Shown piece after piece: positions 45,352-52,255 of a stretch of DNA of 64,000 nt. The stretch comes from Desulfobaccales bacterium (GTDB lineage: Bacteria > Desulfobacterota > Desulfobaccia > Desulfobaccales > 0-14-0-80-60-11), in assembly GCA_052147455.1 (NCBI GenBank), contig JBKQKO010000009.1:6699-70698 (forward strand). The letters are read 5' to 3'. The translations under genes and the position numbers were made by a program. Within the stretch, counting starts at the first letter, position 1. Each line of letters starts with the position of its first letter. The notes under the pieces are model-generated. The model did not search any database. It was given only the letters and a program-made list of their open reading frames with translations, and was not told where the DNA came from.

Positions 45352-45481
45352 TCAGTGGTAATCGACGATTTCAACATTTACCGGCCCCGGCGTGCCTTTC
45401 GGCCACTCGAAACAAATCCGCCATTGGTCATTTATGCGGATGGTATACGAGACCCTTGCGATCACCCTTAAGCGCTTCCAA
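45352..45481 (-). pseudogene. higB: HigB toxin remnant (5'-truncated and out of frame)
   Basis: One frame reads LEALKGDRKGL. The adjacent frame reads YTIRINDQWRICFEWPKGTPGPVNVEIVDYH*. There is no N-terminal half, and REP DNA lies immediately upstream. Confidence 0.75.
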
Positions 45482-45547
45482 GTTATAGGGCGGCCTGTGG
45501 CCGCCTCCCATTGGGCTAGCTAAAGCGGCGGGCACAGCCCGCCCTAT
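45447..45547 (+). repeat. Island-flanking direct repeat, right copy
   Basis: acgagacccttgcgatcacccttaagcgcttccaagttatagggcggcctgtggccgcctcccattgggctagctaaagcggcgggcacagcccgccctat. Confidence 0.9.
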
Positions 45548-45662
45548 AAGCGTGTATTGACCGAAGCTCACAATCATTGTTCTAAGATATAAGGTAAATT
45601 ATGCGTTACGTCCAGGATAATATGAAATAAAAACCGCAAACCGCAAAACCGAAAACCATCCT

Positions 45663-47339
45663 TTAGCGGTTGGCGAGCAGGCGTTTACCGGGCAGGGCCA
45701 GGCGCACTTCCGCCCCTTGCAGCCAGGGCTCCGGCGGGGTGGCGTCATCGATCAGCAGGAAGACCCTATCCGGCCCCTGCCACAAGGTTTGCAATCGTTC
45801 TGGGGTAATGAGGTAGTCCTGGGCCGGGGGCACCGGGTGGGGAAATTGAGGGAGGCCGTGGCGCTTCACCATGAGGATAGGGCGGCCGGCGTAAAAGGCC
45901 AGGGAGGCGCCGTATTCATACTCCTCGATTTGCTCCATGACCACCTGGTCGCCGGGAGCGGCGTTTTGCCGGAGCCATAGCCCCGGGATCTGGTCACTCA
46001 TGGCCGGCATGAGGGTCAGCCAGATGCGTAAGGTGAACAGGAGCAGAGAAAGGGAGAGAAAGCCGTAGCAAGCCAAGGCCAGACGGGGTCGCCGGGCCCA
46101 GCCGGCAGAGAAGCCCGCCAGGGCCAGGGCCGGGATCAGGTAAGTCACCGGGCGGGCCACCGGGGCGATGATGCAGAACATGCCCGAGAACTCCCGGCGA
46201 TTGCCGGCGCAGAGCTGTTCCAGATGGGGGAGCAGAAACAGGGTGGCCAGTCCCAAGAGGCCGATGATCAGCAGGGCCCAGAGGGGGCCGCGGTCCCCGG
46301 GGGTATCTAGAAAGCGCTTCAGGCGCCAGCCGATGAGCAGGGCCAGGGGTGGCAGGGCCGGCAGGGAGTAGTATTCGATGCGGCTGGAGGACAGGCTAAA
46401 GAAGATCAGGATCACCGCGGGCCAGATGATCAGAAGCCGGCCGGCGCGGTGGGCGGCTTCCCCGGTCTCCCTCCAGAACCGCCAGAGGGCCCCGGGTAGC
46501 AAGGGTGTATAGGGGCTTAGCCAGATGCCCAGAAAGAGCCAGAAGCCGGGAAGGGAGAAAGGGTTGATGTCCGGCGGCTGGCGTCTTCCCAGGAACCGCA
46601 ATAGCTGTTCATTAATGACCTGGAATTTGATGAACCCCGGGTTGGCCAGCTCGCTGGCCGCCAACCAGGGGACTATGAGAAGGAAAAGCACGGCCAGGCC
46701 CAGCGGAGACCATAAAATGGAGAGCAGGCTGGCCCGGCGCAACTGCCAGGCGTAGATGACGACGATCAGCCCCGGGAATACCAGGCCGATGAAACCTTTG
46801 CTAAGAAACCCCAGTCCCAGGGCGAGGAAGAAGAGGGCGCTCCACTTGCCGGACGGCTGCTCCTGCCAGCGCAGCAGGAAATAGAGCGAGGCTGCCAGAA
46901 AAAGGGTGATGAGATGATCGGTGAGGATCTGCAGGTGCAGGACAAAAAAGCCGATGCTGCTCAAGAGGGCCAAGCCCCCCAGCCAGGCCGCCTCCCTTCC
47001 CAACAGGCGCCGGCCGATGAGGTAGGTGACCCAGACCTCCGCCAGGGTCACCCCCAGGAGGGGCAGGCGGGCCACCCGGTCGGAGACCCCGAAAAATTTA
47101 TAGCACAGCAGGTTGAGCCAGTAGAGCAGGGGGGGTTTGTCCCAGTAAGGGACTCCGTTGAGGGTGGGGGTCAGCCAGGAGCCCGAGGCCAGCATCTCTT
47201 TGGGAATGAGGGCGTACATGCCCTCGGCCCGGATCAGGGGAGTTTGCCAAACCAACGGAATCAGGTAGACCGTCAGGCAGGCCAGCAACAGCGTGTAGCC
47301 GTTGGCCAGAGAGAATGGGGCGCTGCGGTTCATGCCCAT
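45663..47339 (-). CDS. ArnT/PMT-like glycosyltransferase (family 39/83 type, polytopic)
   Basis: More than 10 hydrophobic spans. N-terminal EGMYALIPKEMLASGSWLTPTLNGVPYWDKPPLLYW is typical of ArnT-like undecaprenyl-phosphate sugar transferases. Confidence 0.75.
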   Translation of the reverse strand: MGMNRSAPFSLANGYTLLLACLTVYLIPLVWQTPLIRAEGMYALIPKEMLASGSWLTPTLNGVPYWDKPPLLYWLNLLCYKFFGVSDRVARLPLLGVTLAEVWVTYLIGRRLLGREAAWLGGLALLSSIGFFVLHLQILTDHLITLFLAASLYFLLRWQEQPSGKWSALFFLALGLGFLSKGFIGLVFPGLIVVIYAWQLRRASLLSILWSPLGLAVLFLLIVPWLAASELANPGFIKFQVINEQLLRFLGRRQPPDINPFSLPGFWLFLGIWLSPYTPLLPGALWRFWRETGEAAHRAGRLLIIWPAVILIFFSLSSSRIEYYSLPALPPLALLIGWRLKRFLDTPGDRGPLWALLIIGLLGLATLFLLPHLEQLCAGNRREFSGMFCIIAPVARPVTYLIPALALAGFSAGWARRPRLALACYGFLSLSLLLFTLRIWLTLMPAMSDQIPGLWLRQNAAPGDQVVMEQIEEYEYGASLAFYAGRPILMVKRHGLPQFPHPVPPAQDYLITPERLQTLWQGPDRVFLLIDDATPPEPWLQGAEVRLALPGKRLLANR

Positions 47340-47424
47340 GACTGGAGGAAAGGCGTAATCGATACCCCGGACTCTAAACTTTTTTAGGTGACTGCTGAAA
47401 GCTGATAGCTGACTGATTTTTTTC

Positions 47425-48420
47425 TCAAGTCAGGTTCCAGCGGAACATGCGCCAGAGGTCGGAGAAACCGCTCATCTCCCGGACTACGCTGGGCTCGAAG
47501 CCGGAGTGCATCATGCACTGGGAGCAGCGGGGGTCCCGGCCGACTCCGTAGCTGTCCCAGTCGGTGCGGTCCATCATCTCCCGGAAGGTGGGATAATGGG
47601 CATCCACGATCTGGTAGCAGGGGGAGCGCCAGCCCTGGGGGTTGCGGGTGGGAGTGGCCCAGGGGGTGCATGCGTAGTCCCGTTCGCCCCTGAGGAAACT
47701 GAGGTACAGGGGGGTGCTGAAGAAATTGAATTTGAGGCCGTTGCCCGTAAGTCGCTGGAATTTATCCTTGATCTCCTCCCGGCTCAGGAAGAGCTCGTCG
47801 TCGACCCCCTGGAAGCTGTAAGCCGGAGAAATCAGCAGGCCGTCCACCCCAATGTAGGCCAGGTAGGACAAGAGAATCTCGATTTCCTGGAGATCGGTCT
47901 TCTTATAGATGGTGGTGTTGGTGCAGACCCGAAAGCCCATAGCCTTGGCGGCCTTGATGGCCTTGATGCCAAGGTCAAAAATCCCCCGGCGCCCCAGCAG
48001 GACATCATGGCTAGGCGCCAGCCCGTCCAGGTGGACGCTCAGGGTGAGGTGGTCCGAACGGGGTAGCTGGGGAAGTGAGCGCTCCAGCAGGATGGCGTTG
48101 GTGCACAGATAGATGAACTTGCCGCGGCGCACCAGTTCGTGGAGGAGATCGAAGACCGGGGGATAGATGAGGGGTTCGCCGCCGGTGATGGTGACCACCG
48201 GGGCGCCGCACTCTTCCACGGCGGCCAGGCATTCCTCCAGGGCCAGGGACTGCCCCAGGCTCTCGTGATATTCCTGGATGCGGCCGCAGCCGGCGCAGGA
48301 CAGGTTGCACTGATGGGTAGGCTCCAGCATCAGCACCAGGGGAAATTTTTTCTCTCCCTGAAGCCGTTTCTTCAGCAGGTAGCGACCCAGGTCGAAGCTA
48401 AGCCTTAATGGAAACCGCAA
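47425..48420 (-). CDS. hpnH: Hopanoid-associated radical SAM protein HpnH
   Basis: EPTHQCNLSCAGCGRI (CxxxCxxC) within an N-terminus typical of HpnH. Adjacent to hpnA and shc. Confidence 0.8.
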   Translation of the reverse strand: MRFPLRLSFDLGRYLLKKRLQGEKKFPLVLMLEPTHQCNLSCAGCGRIQEYHESLGQSLALEECLAAVEECGAPVVTITGGEPLIYPPVFDLLHELVRRGKFIYLCTNAILLERSLPQLPRSDHLTLSVHLDGLAPSHDVLLGRRGIFDLGIKAIKAAKAMGFRVCTNTTIYKKTDLQEIEILLSYLAYIGVDGLLISPAYSFQGVDDELFLSREEIKDKFQRLTGNGLKFNFFSTPLYLSFLRGERDYACTPWATPTRNPQGWRSPCYQIVDAHYPTFREMMDRTDWDSYGVGRDPRCSQCMMHSGFEPSVVREMSGFSDLWRMFRWNLT

Positions 48421-48482
48421 GACAAACCTCTCATTGAAGTTCAGAAAATAATTTGGGAACTATTCACCCAATAGCAATATTT

Positions 48483-49505
48483 TTAAGCGTAGCGGTGTTC
48501 CCGAAACCATTCCACCGCCTCCGCCAATGCCTGGCGCACCGGAGTCAGGGTTAATCCTAGATATTGTAACGCTTTTGTATTATTAAAGTACATAAATTTT
48601 CGAGCCATGCGGATGGCGGTGACCGGCATGCGGGGTGGTTGACCGCTGATCCGCGTGCTGTAAAACTCGTTGAGGTAAGCCATGGCCAGCACCGGCCAGT
48701 AAGGCAAGCGGAAGCGGGGGGCCGGCCGGCCGCTGACTTCCGCCAGCAATTGAAAGATCTGGGAAAGGCTCAAATTTTCATGTCCGAGGATATATTTTTC
48801 AGCCACCTGTCCCCTGGCCTCGGCCAGAAGGTGCCCCCGGGCCACGTCGGCGACGTGGATCAGATTGAGGCCGGTCTCCAGGTAAGCGGGCATGCGCCCC
48901 TTGAGGAAATCGACGATTATCTGGCCGGTGGGGGTGGGGCGCCAGTCCCAGGGGCCCACCGGGGTGCTGGGGTTGACCACCACCAGGGGCAGGCCCCGGG
49001 AAGCGAAATCCAGGGCCAGGCGTTCCGCCAGGAACTTGGAGCGTTTGTAGTGTCCCACCATCTCGGTCAGGCTCACCGGGGCCGCCTCGGTCCCCGGGGT
49101 ACCGTCCCCGGGGTTGCCCAGGGTGCCCACGGTGCTGGTGTAGACCACCCGATCGACTCCTTGGGCCAATGCCGCGGCCAGCAGGTTCCTGGTTCCCTCC
49201 ACGTTGATGGCGTACATCTCCTCGGGATGGGGGACCCAGAGGCGGTAATCCGCGGCCACGTGGAAGAGGCGGGAGCAGCCGGACAGGGCTGCATCCAGGG
49301 AGGCCCGGTCCCGCAAATCGCCCTGGGCCACCTCCACCGGCAGCCCTTCCAGGGCGGGATGCCGGGGGTTCCGGGCCAGGACCCGCACGGCCCGCTTCTG
49401 GGCCAGTAGTTCCAGGACCACCGCCCGGCCCACGAAGCCGCTGCCGCCGGTTACCAGGGTTTTAGGGTGGTTTGCAAGCGTTTTGCGGTTTTCGATGGGG
49501 GTCAT
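48483..49505 (-). CDS. hpnA: NAD-dependent epimerase/dehydratase, HpnA-like
   Basis: TLVTGGSGFVGRAV Rossmann motif and YKRSK catalytic motif; hopanoid gene context. Confidence 0.7.
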   Translation of the reverse strand: MTPIENRKTLANHPKTLVTGGSGFVGRAVVLELLAQKRAVRVLARNPRHPALEGLPVEVAQGDLRDRASLDAALSGCSRLFHVAADYRLWVPHPEEMYAINVEGTRNLLAAALAQGVDRVVYTSTVGTLGNPGDGTPGTEAAPVSLTEMVGHYKRSKFLAERLALDFASRGLPLVVVNPSTPVGPWDWRPTPTGQIIVDFLKGRMPAYLETGLNLIHVADVARGHLLAEARGQVAEKYILGHENLSLSQIFQLLAEVSGRPAPRFRLPYWPVLAMAYLNEFYSTRISGQPPRMPVTAIRMARKFMYFNNTKALQYLGLTLTPVRQALAEAVEWFREHRYA

Positions 49506-49569
49506 TATCAGGTTTACGGGCGCGGGTCTGGACTAATGCTCCTGGCGCCTGGGATGGCGTTCTGAAGAC

Positions 49570-51534
49570 TTATGCCCCTTCCGGTTCCCTGGACTTCAGC
49601 GTCTGGAGATACTGGCCCAGGGCCATCATGGGAAAGCAGTCCCGGTAGAGATGGTAGCGGATCATAAAATGGCCGGGGAAGCCGGTGCCGGTGAATTGAT
49701 CCTCTTCCCAGTGGCCCTGGGGGGTTTGGGTGCGCAACAGGTATTCCACGCCGGCCATGGCCTCCGGGGAGCGGGCTTCGCCGGCGGCGATCAGCCCCAA
49801 CAGGGCCCAGGCGGTTTGGGAGGCGGTGCTCACCCCCTGGCCCATCATTTTGGGATCGAGATAGGACTCGCAGCATTCGCCCCAGCCGCCATTGGAAAGT
49901 TGGTTCTCCTTGAGCCAGGCCGCTGCCCGGCGCACATAGGGGCGGTGCAAGTCTTCGCCGATGGCCGCCAGGCCCGCCAGCACCGACCAGGTGCCGTAGA
50001 TGCAGTTCACCCCCCAACGCCCCCACCAGGGGCCGTCGCCATGTTGGCTGCGGCGCAGGAAGGCCAGGGCCTTCACTGCCGCGGGGTGGTCCGGGCCGTG
50101 GCCGAAGGCCCCCAGCATCTCCAGGACCCGGCCGGTAACGTCTTCGGTGGGAGGGTCCACCAGGGCCTTCAGATCCCCGAAGGGCATGGCGTTGAGCCAT
50201 TGCTTGGTATTGTCCTTGTCGAAGGAGGCAAAGCCGCCGTTCTTGCACTGCATCCCCAAACACCAGTTGATGCCCCGCTGTATGGGGGCCTGGTGCCGGG
50301 CCGAATCGGCCAGCCCTTCCTTTAGGGCAGTCAGGACCATGGAGCTGTCGTCCACATCCGGGTACCAGTTGTTGACGAATTCGAAGGCCCAGCCTCCGGG
50401 AGGCAGGTCCGGACACTTGACGCTCCAGTCTCCGGGCTTAAAGATTTGCTGGGACAGCAGCCAGGAAGTGGCCATGACCATGGCCGGGTCCTGTGGGGGC
50501 AGGCCGGCGGCGGCCAGGGCCCGTACCGCCAGGGCTGTGTCCCATACCGGCGAAATGCAGGACTGCAGCCAGGTGCGCTCACCCTCCCGTAGTTCAAAAA
50601 ACTCCAGGGCCTTGAGGCCCCGGCGCACCGGGCCGTGCTTCACTCCATAGCCTCGTATATGCAGGGCCAGCACCGAGTTGACCATGGCGGGCTGGATGCC
50701 GGCCCAGTCGCCGCTCTCTTCCTGATGCTCCAGCACCCAGCGCTCCGCCTTTTTCAAAGCATAATTGCGGAGCCAGGGGAGGGGCAGCTTGTAGTAAAGC
50801 TTCAGGATCCGGTCGATCACCCTGAACAGATTTTCCAGGAGGGCCCCCCCAGGTTTCCAGGCCACCCGGTGCTGTTCAAAGGGTTCGCGGGGGTCGAGAA
50901 AAAGCTCCGGAACCGATTGTTCCGGCGGCAGCCAGAGGACCGGGCGCCGGGCCATGATGATCATCAGAGGCACTATAGTGGCCCGGGTCCAACTGGAAAA
51001 TTCATAGATGCTGAGGCCGGACCAGGGGGGCAAGAGGATGAACTCCACCGGCAGCAAGGGGATGCCGTCCCAACTGATCTGGCCGAAGAGGGCCAGGAAG
51101 ATGCGGGTAAAGACCCGGGTCTTGAGGGCCCCGCCCCGGGCCAGGATAAACTCCCTGGCCTTCGCCATCCGGGGGTCTTGAGGCGAGACCCCGGCGATTT
51201 TCAGGGCCAGGTAGGCTTCGACGCTGGCGCTGAGCTCGCCGCCGTCCCCGTGCCAAATGGACCAGCCGCCCTGGTCCGTTTGCCTGGCCAGGATATCGGC
51301 CGCCAACCTGGGAATCTTGTCCTCAGCCAACCCCAGGAAGCGGTGCAGCATGATATATTCCGCGGTGATGCTGACGTTGGACTCCAGCTCGGCCCACCAA
51401 TAGCCTTGGGTATGCTGCATCGCCAGCATGGCCGCCGAACCCCGGCGCAGGGCCCGGTCAATCCGACTGCGAATAATCTCCGGTAGCGCCTGCCCGGACA
51501 CGGGAGTCCGGGCCTCTATGGGTTTCCCCTCCAA
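49570..51534 (-). CDS. shc: Squalene-hopene cyclase
   Basis: DVDDSSMV (DxDD catalytic motif) and multiple QW repeats (QHGDGPWWGRWG, QLSNGGWGE, QTPQGHWEE). Confidence 0.95.
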   Translation of the reverse strand: MEGKPIEARTPVSGQALPEIIRSRIDRALRRGSAAMLAMQHTQGYWWAELESNVSITAEYIMLHRFLGLAEDKIPRLAADILARQTDQGGWSIWHGDGGELSASVEAYLALKIAGVSPQDPRMAKAREFILARGGALKTRVFTRIFLALFGQISWDGIPLLPVEFILLPPWSGLSIYEFSSWTRATIVPLMIIMARRPVLWLPPEQSVPELFLDPREPFEQHRVAWKPGGALLENLFRVIDRILKLYYKLPLPWLRNYALKKAERWVLEHQEESGDWAGIQPAMVNSVLALHIRGYGVKHGPVRRGLKALEFFELREGERTWLQSCISPVWDTALAVRALAAAGLPPQDPAMVMATSWLLSQQIFKPGDWSVKCPDLPPGGWAFEFVNNWYPDVDDSSMVLTALKEGLADSARHQAPIQRGINWCLGMQCKNGGFASFDKDNTKQWLNAMPFGDLKALVDPPTEDVTGRVLEMLGAFGHGPDHPAAVKALAFLRRSQHGDGPWWGRWGVNCIYGTWSVLAGLAAIGEDLHRPYVRRAAAWLKENQLSNGGWGECCESYLDPKMMGQGVSTASQTAWALLGLIAAGEARSPEAMAGVEYLLRTQTPQGHWEEDQFTGTGFPGHFMIRYHLYRDCFPMMALGQYLQTLKSREPEGA

Positions 51535-51630
51535 ACCTCTCCCCCTGCATTGTCTTTTTAACCATCATACCATACCATAACCTTAGAGACCGCCCAAGAA
51601 TTTTTCGTTAAAAAGCAAACAGGTCGATCC

Positions 51631-52041
51631 TTGAGCCAGCATCAGGCTGCAGGCAAGTGGCAGAATTTCCGTAAGCTCTTGAGGGCCAATGGGGTCGCCC
51701 TGGCTTATTTTTTGGGTTCGCAAAAGGAGTTGGGTCCTCTGCTGTTGGATGGCGGAGAAGAGGCCGGCGCCCCGGAAAGCGACCTGGACCTGGGGGTGGT
51801 CCTCCTGGCACACCCGTGGGATTACCGGGAAGGGGAAAAGCTGCGCCGGCGTTTGCAAGAGGGTCTGGCAGGGCTGTTCACCCCGGTTAGGCTTCACCTC
51901 CTGTTGCTGGAGGAAGAGAATCCCCACGTGCAACACGCTGCCCTTGCGGGAATCCAGGTATACGTCCTGGACGAAGAGCTTGCCCGGGAATATCGGCGCA
52001 AGGTCTGGACCCTCTATGCCGACTGGCACTCCTGGTGGTAA
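51631..52041 (+). CDS. Minimal nucleotidyltransferase (MNT-like) domain protein
   Basis: YFLGSQKELG...ESDLDLGVVL fits the GS-x(n)-DxD Pol-beta NTase motif. Preferred over the antisense 169-aa ORF, which has no motifs. Confidence 0.45.
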   Translation: MSQHQAAGKWQNFRKLLRANGVALAYFLGSQKELGPLLLDGGEEAGAPESDLDLGVVLLAHPWDYREGEKLRRRLQEGLAGLFTPVRLHLLLLEEENPHVQHAALAGIQVYVLDEELAREYRRKVWTLYADWHSWW

Positions 52042-52255
52042 GGAGGTCAGGCCGCTTTCCGGAACCGGGTCGAACAAAAACTTATGCACCATGGCGCCGA
52101 CTCGTTGCTATCCCGCGGTAAAGGAATTATGATCTAGATGCCGGTTAAGAATCGCCCCTGAAATTGGATTCGGGACTCGATACTGGAACTTCCATTGACG
52201 ATCCGGTCTAGTTGTCGCCTCCCGGCCCATCCCCTATAAGCTCCCAGGAGATAAC

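Noticed and set aside
41832-45446. An integrase, transposase, recombinase or tRNA attachment site associated with the island
   Set aside because: None of the six ORFs shows recombinase motifs, and no tRNA-like sequence flanks the island. Its mobility mechanism therefore remains unknown.
52042-52131. A HEPN toxin remnant after the MNT-like gene (AFRNRVEQKLMHH)
   Set aside because: It is only a 30-codon stretch with a loose R-x6-H match, which is insufficient to call a pseudogene. It is mentioned only as context.
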